Source: Eledone cirrhosa (lineage: Eukaryota). From it: a DNA stretch of 64,000 nucleotides. This document shows, in pieces, positions 27,435 to 41,146 of this stretch (position 1 is its first letter; every line of letters starts with the position of its first letter). The stretch lies in assembly GCA_964016885.1 (NCBI GenBank), contig OZ024740.1, positions 236,406,001 to 236,470,000 on the forward strand, given 5' to 3'. A program made the translations under genes and the position numbers. The notes beneath the pieces are model-generated. The model was not told the DNA's origin. It ran no database searches and was given only the letters and a program-made list of their open reading frames with translations.

Positions 27435-27620
27435 TGGCGGATTGGCAGTATCGGTAGAGAGTTGGACACCATGCTTTGAAGCATAGAGTTACATCCCTTT
27501 ATGATCTGAGTTCAAATCCGCCGAGGTTAACTTTGCCTTTCATCCTTACAGGGTCGATAAGATAAAGTACCAGTAATACACTGGATACTTGCTGGCCTTG
27601 TGCCAAAAGTAGAAACAATT
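27435..27620 (+). mobile_element. Nin-type SINE (a degenerate 3' fragment precedes it at ~27290-27420)
   Basis: Same consensus as 25428-25617. Confidence 0.85.
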
Positions 27621-29963
27621 ATTACTATGATTGGTGACTGAATTGTGAAGATGTATTATTGGGAGCTCTGAAAGATTTTCTGTTTTAAGTTCTTTTGAAT
27701 TGCTAGTTGTGAAAAATATGTGTTGTTAACTGTTAATAAGTTCATATATATTGCTCTCTAAAAAGAACACTCCATAATATTTGGGCTGAAGTCCCAAATA
27801 TTTGAACTTTATTCTTTCAAAAAACATTCTTTTGTCAAAAAATATGGATGGAATACGCTCCCCCCACCCCTAAGTTAAGCCAACTGTCACGTGATAGCGG
27901 CTCTACTGTTGACACTGCTCCCACCACCACCATTATGAACAGTGCTACCATTACCAACACTACAGATACCATTGCTGACAACAACAACAATAACCAAAAT
28001 TTGTTCCATGCAGCACTGCTAACAAAATAGATTTTCAACCTTTGCCAATATTTACCTATGTGAACACCGCCATCCCCTCCACCACAATGCTGGCAAGCAC
28101 ATCAAACACCACTAACACCACCACCACCTCCACAGCAACAACAACTGAAACAAAAAACAAAATTAGAACCAACACAAAAAACAAGAACATGGACAAAGAT
28201 AACAGTAACAACAACATGAACAACAATATCTTAACAACCACACCACCAACAATGTAGCAATAAATATAACAGAAACAAGGAATAAAAATAACAGTAACGC
28301 TGACAAGAACAACAACACAAATGGCAACAACAATAACAACAACAGCAACAACACAATAACAGCACAAGACCAAACATCTCTTTTCTGAGAGCTGCAAGCA
28401 AAAATCAAACAGTTACGATGACAAACAGGAAATGGATGAGGCCAGGCAAATGGTAAAAAAAAATGGATACCGGTTCAGAGCCTCACTCCTCCATCAGATG
28501 TCATGGAACAACAAAGGCTTTGTACAGTGTCATACTGTACAAATAGTGCAAAAACATGCCAGGTGGAGCAGGCATTGGTGTCCCAGATACAAAAGGCTTT
28601 GGGACATGTGTGGGTACAAAAAACCCACACCACACATGAAAGAAGATATGGGACCATGGACGTGTTCTTTGCAACCCCACAGGAAGCCAGAGAACACTCC
28701 ATGATGTCACTAAAGAGTGATGATCTCACTGTGGTCCCAAACTACTGAAGACAAAGGCTTGTAAGAGTGTGAGTGACCCATGTTCCACTGGCAATAGCAA
28801 TTCCCTGACCGATGGCTACTGTCCTTGTTGACATTGAAGAGGACATCAATAAACTGGACATCATGAAAGAAATGACTGCACTGACTAGTGGTATGCCATA
28901 ATACAAAAGACCCATCCGTTAATACAAACAACTAGCGAGAGACTAGAAGCGACAGTGTTGATGATCAACATAGGATTTAAGAGGATGCTTTAATCTAGAA
29001 GAGTATGTGACAACTTCTCTAGTGCTGGTGCCATGATAAAATGCACCCAGTACACTCTGTAAGATGGTTGGTATTAAAAAGGGCATCCAGCCATAGAAAC
29101 CATGTCAAATATGGAATGTATGAGCAGGATGAGGTCATTCCAACACTTCTGCTCTCAAACCATGATAATCTAACCTATCCAACCCATGCCACTTTGGAAA
29201 ACATATATAAAATGATGATGATGATGATGATACATGTTTTTCCTGCAGCTTACAACAGTTTAAGAAGAATGTTAACTAAGTTGATCTCACCAGCCTTGGT
29301 GGAGAGAACTTACAAAAATTATGGCCACAGCCCCTTCCTCCAGAGAAGCTCAAAAAACAGACGTTGCTACTGAAATGTGTTTGTTGTAGGGAAAAACCCT
29401 GAACACTCGCGTATAACTAAAAATGGACTAGGCAAAATGTCTATGAATAATGACTGAAGTGAACTGTCAGTAGACTGTGTATATGGAGTCTCATTGTAGT
29501 GATCTCATTGGTAGTTCGAAATTACATCTGGTGAATACTTTGGTTTTACCTTCTTTTGTACAGATATACTAACAGGGGTATCACCCCATTATAACAGTGT
29601 TCCAGTTCTTTCATCAACAGAACCATCTGCTTGTGAAATTAACAGGAAAGTAGCTGAGCATTCTACAGACATATGTAGCTATAACATAGTTCTCAGAGAG
29701 ACACAACATGCAACTAGAAATCAAACTCATGGCCTTCTGATCCTGAGCCAGACACCCTAACCACTAAGCCACATGCTTTCACAAAAATGACATAGTATGT
29801 CCAGGACTATATTATCCAATGAGACTTTAAAAAAGAAAACATTAGGTGAAATTTTGAGTAAGATTTGGTTACAATTTCTAGTATGTCATGTGATCTTATA
29901 AGATACTTCCTTTATTTGTTTGTAAATACAGTATATAAGTTTTTTTAGTATATATAGTATATA

Positions 29964-30744
29964 CAGGGTTGCTCAGTTCTTTGAGGACATTTGCATGAAT
30001 TTAGTAAAAGCCATAAAAAAGCTTTATTTGAGAAAACATTGGCATGAATAATCTTGAGACTCTTCTTGACACAACTACTCAATCAATCTACTGTGAGTAT
30101 CAATGACTGCTTCTATACACGGTCTGAGATGTTGACATGCTCTAATCAGAATATATTTTTTTCTTTTTTGAACATTGTGCTAGTTATCGTAGACTTTAGA
30201 GATTTTATAGGATGTTGATTGACTTTCCTCTCAACTATGCCCCATATGTAGTAGTCTAATGAATTCAAATCTGCAAAGCTAGGAGGTCATATGTTTGAGG
30301 TGATTTGGTAGTGAAGCTTGCAACTCATCCATTCTTGGATTGTCTTGGCCTTATGAGACAACACAGAGGTTGTTTGCAGATATGGTCTTCCTTTGCTCAA
30401 GCTCTCTATCCAAGGCCTCTCCAACACCTTATTATCAGCAGCATTTATCCTTAACTTCTGAGGAAAGAAGTAAAGAGGTATGACATCTCGTTGCTCAAGA
30501 CACCCAGAATAATCACAGTTACCAGAAACTTTGTGTGCCTGACCATTGGAATGTCTTTAGGGTTTCTGCAAAACCATCTGTCATTCTTTCGATTTTCAGT
30601 TAACTTTTGGTTCTGATCAAAGTACACCTTTCCATTTGCCAAGTTAGCTATCATCATTTATCTGAAAAGAAATGATAATCAGAACAAGTTAGAATAATGT
30701 TAGAGCTATTTAAAGACATGTCCCCAAAGAACTGTGCAACTGTG
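29964..30744 (-). mobile_element. Decayed Tc1/mariner (maT-like) element
   Basis: TIRs CAGGGTTGCTCAGTTCTTTGAGGACAT / CACAGTTGCACAGTTCTTTGGGGACAT with TA flanks. Remnant peptides NRKNDRW...HTKF...LGVLSNE and PPSFADLNSLDYYIWG. Confidence 0.8.
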
Positions 30745-33418
30745 TAGTATATAATATAACTTGTGTATCTAGTGTGTATGTGTTGGCACTTTGTCAGTCC
30801 AGGCGAGAAGTGTTCCTGTTGTTTGACTAACAGAACTGCTTAAACATGAAATTAACATGGCTGAGCATTCCCCAGATATGTTTACCCTTAACGTAGTTCT
30901 CAGGGAGTTTCGGCATAGCACAGTGTATGACAAGGCTGGCCATTTGAATAACATGCACAATTGATTTTTGACAGCTTAGTACACTGGAGCAATGTGAAAT
31001 AATTTGTCTTGTTCAAAAGAAACAACATGCCACTGGGAGTCAAACTGGTGGTAGCAATCGATGGTGCTGGTGTTGTTGTTGTTGTTAGTGGTAGTGGTGG
31101 TGAACGATAGTGTTGGTGTTGGTCTTGGTGATGAACGATAGTGTTGGTATTGGCGGTGGTGGTGGTTTTAGTGATGTTGATGAAAACTTGTCAAGAATAT
31201 CTGAAATACTGGTTTATCCAAATAGCAGAGTCAGTATGATAAAAGCTCTGACCACATTACTGGGCATAAACAATTCAGGCTGATTAAGTTGGTGTCGACT
31301 GGGGTGGATAGATAGAAACAGCTGTCGTTTGGTTTTAATGTAGAACCACATCAATTATCAGCATCACAGAGTATTTAAATGAAGGCAAAAACACTTCAGT
31401 TATCTGCACAGATTTTCTTGACAGAGAGATGTTTCTTTTAATTTCTTCATTTATTCAAAGAATGCACAGCAATCTCTTCATATTAATCGCATCTGAATTC
31501 TATTTTGCTTGTAGTCCACTTCAGATGTCTGCCTGGAAAATCTTCCCTCCTCTAATTCATTTTCTTCTTGTCTTGCTGTCTTCAACTCTCTTATTTTTTG
31601 TTCCTCCATGTCATTCGATCTATTTCTATGAAATTTCACTATTTCTTCTAGCCTGGTTGCTGTGTCATTTTAACAAATTTCACCACTATTAGTATAACAG
31701 GAAAAATAAAGCAAGGATCTCGTTTGTTGTCTTACTGGTCATGAGTGGTCATGAAACAGCAATTTTTAGTAACTCACAAGGGAGATAGCTGGTCATGTAA
31801 CAGCAGTTACATATATTAGTTGCATGTGGCAATTATATGTGGCAATTACATGTAGCAGTTACATGTGGCAGTTACCTGAAGTTGTTGCATGTTGTTGTTG
31901 AAATGTTTCTGATCCTGTAATGACAGGAGATGACTCATTACATGTTAGGTTTCTTCTTCTTTAGATTTGGGCATATAACTCCTGACTGAGTTGTAGGGGT
32001 TCTATAGTTATATACTTGGGCATTTAAACCTGGTAGAGCATATTCCTCTCCAGATCTGAACACAGATGATTTCTTCTAGAGATAACAAGTGAGAGAATGT
32101 GTGAAAGAGATATAGAGGAAGAATCAACACCATTCTTGGACTGGTATTTTATTTACAAGCTTTGACATGATGAAAACCAAAGGTGACCAATATGGGATTT
32201 GAATTCAGAACACAAAGAGTCGGAACAAGACTACACATTTGCTGCCTCCTCACTATGTTAACTGGAGGCTAACTAGAGGGTGCTATAGGTCAACCCAGAA
32301 GAAACTACCTAGTGCTGTTCTAGAGTATAGCATCTATAGAATGATAAATGTGAAGGTGCATTGGGCTTCCAAATGGGAGGTTGTGAGTTTGATTTTCAGA
32401 CAAGGTGATGTGCTCTATTCTTGAGCAAGACACTTTACTTCATGTTGCTCCTGTTCATTCAACGGGAGAAATTAGTTGCAACTTCACTGGTGCCCAGCTG
32501 TTTTTGGTCTTTGTCTTTCCCTTGGACAACATCAGTGTTATGGAGAGGAGAAGTAGGGGTGTTCTGCACAGCTTGCATAATACAGCCGTGAAACCAATCG
32601 AGGTCTCCAAGCCGATAGGTCTAACCGGTAAGGAACTATTAGGTAGTTTTGTAAACAACTAAATAGTGTAGGCTGAATGAGGATGAATTAGATAAATTAG
32701 ATAACAGTAAATTCAGGTATGGTTATAAACGTACAGTATAATAAGAGAAACAGCAAGGTATAAAATGTAACAATACACGAGATAACAAGATTCGGGGTAA
32801 CAAAATGGAAAACAGAAGAATTTGAAAAGCACAAATAATATGATTTCTACTATAGGCACAAGGCCAGCAATTTTGGGGGAAGGGAAAGTCTATTAAATCG
32901 ACCCTAGTGCGTGACTGGTACTTTATTTTATTGACCCCGTAAGAATGAAAGGCAAAGTATGAATCTGGGATTCAAAAAGAGGTAACCTAACAAAGGTTCA
33001 AATGTGCCTAAATATATAGAATATGGATTGGGAAATAAATAGGGAAACGCTTAGAAAAAAGGTTAAGATAGAAATAGAGATAGCGTTCATAATGTCTGTA
33101 GAGAGACTTCCAGTTTGTGTGCAGCAGAGGAGAGGGGAGAGGGTCTTTCCCATAAGTGTTCTTATTCCTATAGATAACCACAGGTTAAATTCTGTAAAGT
33201 GATGTCTGTGGTCAGGGGATGTTGTTATCTTCCATGTTCCACCAATCTGGATGGATGAGTTGGTTCCTCTGGTAAGCTTTGGTAGTCAAATTAAAGTGGA
33301 TGTTTAAGTCCAATCCATTGCTTTGTGCCATGTGTTTCAAACAGAGCAGATGAAGCCATCGCTCATTTATTGCATCAGCAAAGCACTCAACTTTAAAGGA
33401 GCATATATATATATATTG

Positions 33419-33704
33419 GTAAACGGAATAGAAAATGCTGACAAATTGTTCACAGTTGAAAAATGGTTTAATTAGGAATAAAAGAGTATTAGTAATTGTA
33501 TGGGTTAGTATTCAGAGCAAACAGCACGGACACTCTGTCTCAAAATTATTTTTGAAAAGCATTTAGAAATGCGCAACCGGTAAAGACTTAAAAACTTAAA
33601 ACCACAACTGAATACGAACCCATACAATTACTAATACTCTTTTATTCCTAATTAAACCATTTTTCAACTGTGAACAATTTGTCAGCATTTTCTATTCCGT
33701 TTAC
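33419..33704. repeat. Fold-back element (97-bp arms) with a degenerate UUGAAAA hammerhead in the spacer (33548-33586)
   Basis: 33419-33515 is the reverse complement of 33608-33704. The spacer has TTGAAAA gcattt-ag-aaatgc GCAA ccgg TA aaga, with GAAA mutated to GCAA. Confidence 0.85.
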
Positions 33705-33742
33705 AGTATAATAATAACTTGTGTGTTACACCTCTATTCTTT

Positions 33743-33890
<148 letters not shown>

Positions 33891-33929
33891 TAGATATATA
33901 AATGTAATCTGAGTTTTTCGAATATTAAT

Positions 33930-34106
33930 AATTGTTTCTACTTTTGGCACAAGACCAGCAATTACCCAGTACTATATTTTATCGACTTTGTATGGATGAA
34001 AGGCAAAGTTAACCTCGGTGGGATTTGATCTCACGTCGTAAAGGGACGTAACTATGCTAGAAAGCATGGCGTCCGACCCTCTACCGATACTGCCAATTCA
34101 CCGCCC
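33930..34106 (-). mobile_element. Nin-type SINE
   Basis: Full-length reverse-complement copy. Confidence 0.85.
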
Positions 34107-34246
34107 TATTAATAATAATATTCGATTTGTTTGCAATTATGCAAACAAGCCTCTTTTAAGCCATGTCAGTAGAATGAGCCCCTCATTCTTGCTCTTGTGA
34201 TGGCATGTAAACAGAACTTCATATATATATATATATATATATATAT

Positions 34247-34430
34247 GGTGGATTGGCAGTATTGGTAGAGGGTCGGACGCCATGCTTTCCAGCATAGTTA
34301 CGTCCCTTTACGATCTGAGTTCAAATCCCGCCGAGGTTGACTTTGCCTTTCATCCTTACGGGGTCGATAAAATAAAGTACCAGTAATGCACTGGGTAAAT
34401 GCTGGCCTTGTGCCTAAAGTAGAAACAATT
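34247..34430 (+). mobile_element. Nin-type SINE, head-to-head with 33930-34106
   Basis: A and B boxes plus Nin-like domain. Confidence 0.87.
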
Positions 34431-34672
34431 ATTAAAAAACACAAGGGTCGTGTGCACAACTACTATGTGCTGCCTTTGACAGAGAAATGCTAATTTGATA
34501 TCTTCCTCCCTACCTAGCTTTCTTTCTGTCACTCTGTGGCAAAGCAGGTCAATGGTTAAATGTTGCTATCTTTACCTATCTACCTATCTTATGACAATAA
34601 AAACAACTATCTATCTAGCTATATATCTATCTGTCAATCTGACAGTCTATTTCTCCCTCTCTCTCTCTCCCG

Positions 34673-34716
<44 letters not shown>

Positions 34717-34734
34717 AGAAGAAGTTTATGGAAT

Positions 34735-35690
34735 GGAAATGCGGGTATAAAGAATTTATTAGGTAACAATTGTTTCTATAGTGTATGGGTTACCTATACC
34801 TCGCTATTTGAATAATATAAAAATATTATCATAAACCGAAGGTACACTGTAAGCAAACACACCATGTCGTCAGACCTTTGTATTGGAATGATATGAAAAT
34901 GTTTTACACACTAGATAAAGGAGAAAGAAGGAGGTAGGAAGAGAAGGGGAAGAGGGAAGTGAGTAAGGTGGAGGGATTCCTAGGATTTAAGACTATCAGA
35001 CTAGTAGAGATTGTAAGGAGAGAATGTTTTGGCAGCAGTTAGCTTAATGAGGCGTGTTAGGGTTGGCGGGGGAAGTAAATTCTTCTAGTGGTGTTGTTCG
35101 GACAAAATTTAGTTAAAGGGGTCAAAGTGGTACAGAGTTACAGATAAGTTATTGGGGCTATTATAGTAGCAGGTTATTTCTATAGGGGTCCAGAAAACAG
35201 TGTTTAGTACTATTATTATAGAAAGCCATATCTTGTGTATAAACATATAAAACAGAAATTTGCAAACGGTGGTGTAAAAAGGTAACATTATATGCATTTA
35301 AAAAAAGAAAAAGTCGTTTTCAAACGATGGTTACAGTATAGTGAACGTTCAATTTTGCTGTTCAAAGGTTTGTTTACCGACGTTAAAATGCAGTATATCT
35401 CCAAATTGCATAACTTGCAGAATCGATGATTTTGCTTATATGCAGGCGCGGCTACAATAATTTGCCAATCAAGGGAGAATGCTTGATTGTTCCTCCGGAG
35501 CTGCCAGGCTTTATCGGCGAGGGTTGTTACGGAGCGCATTTTCTCGTGCCTGATCGAAGATCGATGTTGGTATAGGCGAGCTTTGAAAGAAGTTGCGGTA
35601 CATCCGACGTAATACCATTTGTTGGTTCCGGAATTTATTGTACATCGGTAGACAATATTGCGTGCTAGGCACTGGTTATTCAGTGGGAAC
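34735..35690 (-). mobile_element. Penelope-like element 3' fragment (GIY-YIG) with hammerhead-bearing 3' terminus
   Basis: Minus frame reads CLARNIVYRCTINSGTNKWYYVGCTATSFKARLYQH...CKLCNLE...LNSKIERSLYCNH. Same family as 59077-59568. Confidence 0.85.
34761..34877 (-). ncRNA. Hammerhead with canonical core and ~90-nt helix II domain
   Basis: Reverse complement: aggt CTGACGA c-atggtgtgt...atacactat-a GAAA caattg TT acct. Confidence 0.72.
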
Positions 35691-36189
35691 GTATATATAT
35701 ATATATATCAAAATGAAAATCCGAAGGCAAGGTAAAATTCCAATCATTTAATCATGACACATGTTTCAATAAGAGATAGATCGATTGTGAAGCCACGATC
35801 AATTATCACTGATCTCATCAGGTGAAAGTGAATTGTCTTCAAATTTCTTGATATGAGGGAGAAAAAACGATGTTACCTCACATAATTCATTCCCTCATAT
35901 GATAACATAAAGTTATTGCACCTTACTATATAACAATATATATATATATATATGTAGGAGGTGAGTTTTATTGTAGCACAATAAAGCAATGCAAATATCA
36001 GATAAGTAACACTCAACAGTTTATAGGACTGGAGTATAAATAATATAAAATCAAAAGATGGTTAAAAGAGTTCCATGTATTTTATTATGCGCATTTCAAA
36101 AACAAATATCATCATGGGATGATATTTGCGTTCTCAAATATTTGAGAATGCAAATATCATCTTTTGACCATCTTTTGATTTTATATTTT

Positions 36190-36870
36190 ACTAGCAGAAT
36201 GGCCCGGCGTTGCTCGGGATTTGCTAGGGTTCTTATATATTTGATATATATTTATCCTTATCGAACCTCGTGAAATAAATACGTTTGTTTATATTTTGTT
36301 ATTGTGTATGCAAAAATATCTGTCCATAAATATATAATTATATATATATATATTAAAATAACAGACTAAAGTTTAAGCAAAGAATCACTGCTTTCACCCT
36401 TAACGGGATAGTCTACCTAAAAGCAGTATGAAGTACATACACTAAGACTAATTGATGTAATCTTTGGCCTTGTTTGTTTATATTTTGTTTTTGTGTATGC
36501 AAAAATATCTGTACACGAATATCTATATTAAAATAACATATTAATGTTTAAGCAAACAATCGCTGCTTTCAACCTTAACGGGATCTTCTTAAACTAAAAA
36601 AATCAATCTGGAAAACAGGAAGACGATACTTTGGTTCGTGAAGACGTTCCCTGGCATAAGAATATATATACACACACACACTGATCGCGTCATAATGACG
36701 TAATGCAGAGAAAGAGAAAGAGAAAGAGATCGCCTAATGCGGTCCCTAGGGCATTAAAAATTTGAAATATTTTTTGCTCAAAACACTTCTGGGGTCATAC
36801 AAGTTACATGTATAAAGTTTGAAAAAAACCGGTTGGGTACTTCTCGAGTTTTAGGGAAACAGACACACAG

Positions 36871-36875
<5 letters not shown>
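36190..36875 (+). mobile_element. Helentron/HINE-like non-autonomous element with a nested hammerhead-like repeat (~36230-36600)
   Basis: 5' actagcagaatggcccggcgttgctcggg; 3' aaagtttgaaaaaaaccggttgggtacttctcgagtt...acagacacacagac. Family assigned from recalled motif resemblance only. Confidence 0.5.
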
Positions 36876-36958
<83 letters not shown>

Positions 36959-37533
36959 TGGTACCACAGAACATCCAGTCCACACTGTATAGTGGTTGTG
37001 TAAGAGACATGGTTAAAAGGCTCCCAGTCCACACTGTAAATGTAGTTGGTGTTAGTAAGGGCATCCAGCCGTAGAACAACTGCCAGAAAGAGTTCTGTAC
37101 GAGTGAGACACAATCACCCGACCAGTCTGGCCTCAAGTGGGACAATTCCTGTCTAACCCATGCTAGCGTGGAAGATGGACGTTAAACAATGATGATGCTG
37201 ATGATGATGATATCTATATATATACATTATATGTGTATGTGTGTATTAGGAGTAACACCAACATAACATGATTCATAATAGAGATGTATATGAAGGCATA
37301 TACAATATGTTTATGTATATCCATTATGAGAGCTAGTTACCCGTTCTGTACTGAGAATAGAATAAGCTAATCTTGAAACACTAGTCTCTGATGTTCTCAC
37401 ACAGCTACTGAAATAGCTGTGATATAATCACAGCTTATAACTCTCAAGTAACACTTATATATGTTTATTACACATAAACATACCGTATATGCTTCCATAT
37501 ACAACCTATAATAAATAAATCAATATATATATG

Positions 37534-37577
<44 letters not shown>

Positions 37578-37645
37578 CATATATATATATATTGCAAGCA
37601 GGGAAAAGCTGACGTAAAATGATGATGATGATGATGATGTATATG

Positions 37646-37734
<89 letters not shown>

Positions 37735-37803
37735 TATGAAGAGAGAAGAAACATTTAGATATAATTAGTAATAAAATGTATCATACCTAAACTGCTCCTA
37801 AAT

Positions 37804-37893
37804 TCCTCGACTACGTAGTTTCGTGGCATAAACAAAAACAATATATCATAAAGATATAGAGTCCCTGCGAGGTCTGCCGACTTATCAAGAGGA
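37804..37893 (-). ncRNA. Hammerhead, UUGAUAA core (antisense copy)
   Basis: Reverse complement of 38516-38605. Confidence 0.75.
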
Positions 37894-38515
37894 TACCTCA
37901 TTTTACTAGTCTCAAGAACGCGTCTACACGACGTCGGCAGACCTCGCAGGGACTCTATATCTTTATGATATATTCTTTTTGTTTATGCCACGAAACTACG
38001 TAGTCGAGGAATTTAGGAGCAGTTTAGGTATGATACATTTTATTACTAATTATATCTAAATGTTTCTTCTCTCTTCATAATGTATTTTTAACTCTGATAC
38101 TGGTTCAGTCTAGTTCAACTGAATTGGTCTGTCCCGGTCATTCATTGAGCAACATCGGTGAAGTTGGCACCCTTAACTCACAGTTGGGTGCGGATGCATT
38201 CATGTATATATGTGTGTGTCCGCATGTACCTGTGTGTTTCTAAATATATTGTTAATAACTCCCTCTGGTCGAGCAATCTTTGAAGTGTGGGGACAACTGG
38301 AAAGCTTCCATTACTCATACTTCTAGCCTTCTTCACCACCTCTTCTGCGGCCTCGATATGAATACCCCCTCCGCCTCTGTGGTATTTTCTTCGGGGTTAT
38401 AAGAGGCTTAGCTCTGTTTCTCGACCGTTATATCGCGTGACTATCTCCCCCTCCGCCTTTTGGGATTCATTCTCACGTCGTGTAGACGCGTTCTTGAGAC
38501 TAGTAAAATGAGGTA

Positions 38516-38605
38516 TCCTCTTGATAAGTCGGCAGACCTCGCAGGGACTCTATATCTTTATGATATATTGTTTTTGTTTATGCCACGAAACTACGTAGTC
38601 GAGGA
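38516..38605 (+). ncRNA. Hammerhead, UUGAUAA (U3-A8) core, long helix II, GUC site
   Basis: tcctc TTGATAA gt-c-ggca...tgcc-ac GAAA ctacgtag TC gagga. Palindromic helix III ACTACGTAGT. Confidence 0.78.
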
Positions 38606-38838
38606 ATTTAGGAGCAGTTTAGGTATGATACATTTTATTACTAATTATATCTAAATGTTTCTTCTCTCTTCATAATGTATTTTTAACTCTGATACTGGTT
38701 CAGTCTAGTTCAACTGAATTGGTCTGTCCCGGTCATTCATTGAGCAACATCGGTGAAGTTGGCACCCTTAACTCACAGTTGGGTGCGGATGCATTCATGT
38801 ATATATGTGTGTGTCCGCATGTATCTGTGTGTTTCTAA

Positions 38839-38886
<48 letters not shown>

Positions 38887-39028
38887 CATCATCATCATCA
38901 TCATCATTTTACGTCCGCTTTTCCCTGCTTGCAATATATATATGTATGTATATATATATACACACACATATATATATATAACATATATATATATAACATA
39001 CATATATATATATAAAATGATGATGATG

Positions 39029-39059
<31 letters not shown>

Positions 39060-39061
<2 letters not shown>

Positions 39062-39668
39062 GGTGATGGCTGCCAACTTGTTTTCGAGTACGGCCACTAC
39101 TTTATATCCATGTAGGAGAACTCCTACCGATGCGCTGAATGAGTGTGACTTTTTAGTCCAGCCAGCGACTTGAAAACTCTGGTACAAACACTACACTTGT
39201 GACAATTATTGACACATAGTGCTGGGCCCATGGTACCATGTCATGACAAGTGCAGAGAGATCTCCAGATATAAAGCAATGCCTGTGCCGTGAAGCTTTTA
39301 TAGTGAGCAAAGGCACTGCACAAAGCCAGTCCCACTCTCTTAACCAAGATGATATTTACCAAAAAGAAGAACAAGTCAACATCATTGGATATCATCAGGG
39401 TTGCAGGTGTTATATCAGAGTTTTCCTTCTCCTAGAATTCTGCCTTGACAAAGGCTAAGGGGTCATCTCTCCCGGTGATTTTGGATGGCCATTGACTCTT
39501 AAGAGCTCCTTTACCCTTTGACGGGTTTTGTTTTTAGTCCTGCAGGATGTCCAAAGTCACCCTCCTCACCAAGAAACCTTGGTGGGGTTGCCAGTTTAGT
39601 CGCCAACGACCCGACCATGGGACAGGTTGTACTGGGATACATGTTACCAGTAGCACCAACTGGTGACC
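39060..39668 (-). mobile_element. Probable 5'UTR fragment of an RTE-type LINE with a structured 5' end
   Basis: Reverse complement contains ctaggagaaggaaaactctga, a motif recalled from RTE 5'UTRs. GC-rich start directly after a (CA)n array. Confidence 0.55.
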
Positions 39669-39688
39669 TGACATGTGTGTGTGTGTGT

Positions 39689-39740
<52 letters not shown>

Positions 39741-39859
39741 GTATATGTGTGTGAGTGTGTGCGTACATGTTTGCGAGTGTGTGTGTCCATGTGTATGTGT
39801 GTATGTTGTGGTATATTCTCAGATAATTATTCCTAAAATATGTTTTTATATAATTGCAG

Positions 39860-39971
39860 GCAATAAACCAATAATTCTTCAGATGATCCAAACACCTTCA
39901 GTGCGTCGTGCACTGATTGTTGGTTGTAGTTTACAACTTATACAACAAGTAGCTGGTATCAATACAGTCAT
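39860..39971 (+). CDS. SLC2A13: SLC2A13/HMIT-like exon C (112 nt)
   Basis: attgcag|...|gtaagt. NKPIILQMIQTPSVRRALIVGCSLQLIQQVAGINTVM (TM7 QQxxGIN). Confidence 0.93.
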
Positions 39972-40760
39972 GTAAGTATATCTTTCTTCTAAAATGGAAA
40001 TTGTCTCTGTGTGTGATATCAAAGGAATAGAGTGTTAAAAACTCTACTGGCTGATATCAAGGGATTTAGATGAACGGATATTGTACATAGAATGAAATGA
40101 TATTTATGGTTATGGGGAAAGGATATCATTCATGGTTAAAAGGAAAGGATATCCTTTGTGGTAGTGTGAATTGTTACAATTCGTATTTAGAAGAATATCG
40201 ATATCATGGTTAAAAAGCAAGGATATAATTTATGTTGGAGTGGGAAAATAGGATTCTGTAATAAATCATTATAAGTTTTTAATTGTAGATAAAAGAATAT
40301 TTGGAGAGACATGAATTGCTGTTATGGGCAAGAATGTAAGATGACTGAATTCAAAGACCCAGTTTTCATCTAGCAGTTAATGATATGATATAAATAATAA
40401 TGTGTGGAGGTGGGGGGAGTGTCCTTGACCTTAAGTTCCAGTGAAATTGATGAGGTTGATAAGTTTATAGGAAAATGTTGCTGCTATTTCTAGTAGACCA
40501 AAGGACAACATCATGTAATCATAGGGAAACTGCAGCCCTTGAACTGCATGAATCCAGTTTCGCTTTCTGATTGGCATGCCTAATTTTAAAATTACCTTGG
40601 ATTTTTTAGTAGTGTGGCCTACCTTATGATGAGCCACATCCTATATGGCTCACTGCTCAAATAAGGTTGCCCATGCCTGACATAGGGGATCCTCTATTGG
40701 CTTGTTCTCTTGTTTGGCATGTCTGTTTCACCACAAATTTTTTAGCGTGGGAAGAGTTAA

Positions 40761-41146
40761 CCCTTTAGCATTTAAATCAGCCATATCTGGCCAGAATTTC
40801 TGTTCAAACTGGTCGTAACTGGGGGCTCATACCAATGTTAAGGTATTGTTCACAAAATAAATAATATCATAATCTCATGGATTTGATATTTTGTGAGATA
40901 GAGCCTTTTCTGTGAAAATAATTGTTTCTACTTTAGGCACAAGGCCAGCAATTACCCAGTGCATTACTGGTACTTTATTTTATCGACCATGAAAGGCAAA
41001 GTCAACCTCGGCGGGATTTGAACTCAGATCGTAAAGGGACGTAACTATGCTGGAAAGCATGGCCCGACCCTCTACCGATACTGCCAATCCACCGCCCTTT
41101 TCTGTGAAAATAATAGTAAATATAGATTAATATGAATGCTAAAGGG
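40761..41146. mobile_element. piggyBac-like MITE with nested Nin-type SINE (40920-41097, minus)
   Basis: ttaa|ccctttagcatt ... aatgctaaaggg|ttaa. The SINE is flanked by the duplication ccttttctgtgaaaataat. Confidence 0.8.

Larger units (their letters stand above)
37731..38845. mobile_element. ORF-less hammerhead element: inverted copy plus two direct ~320-370 bp repeats (retrozyme/Penelope pseudo-LTR-like)
   Basis: 37731-37932 is the reverse complement of the repeat. Direct copies lie at 37933-38249 and 38477-38845 and are nearly identical. Embedded in (TA)n. Confidence 0.85.

Noticed and set aside
27776-27802. 10-bp hairpin aatatttggg/cccaaatatt
   Set aside because: Short, isolated and expected by chance in AT-rich DNA.
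28380-28960. Coding-like composition with several short ORFs
   Set aside because: No recognisable motif or splice pattern; probably a decayed repeat, unassignable by eye.
37345-37395. CTGAGAA...GAAAcactagTC string
   Set aside because: No helix I pairing and G8 is absent.
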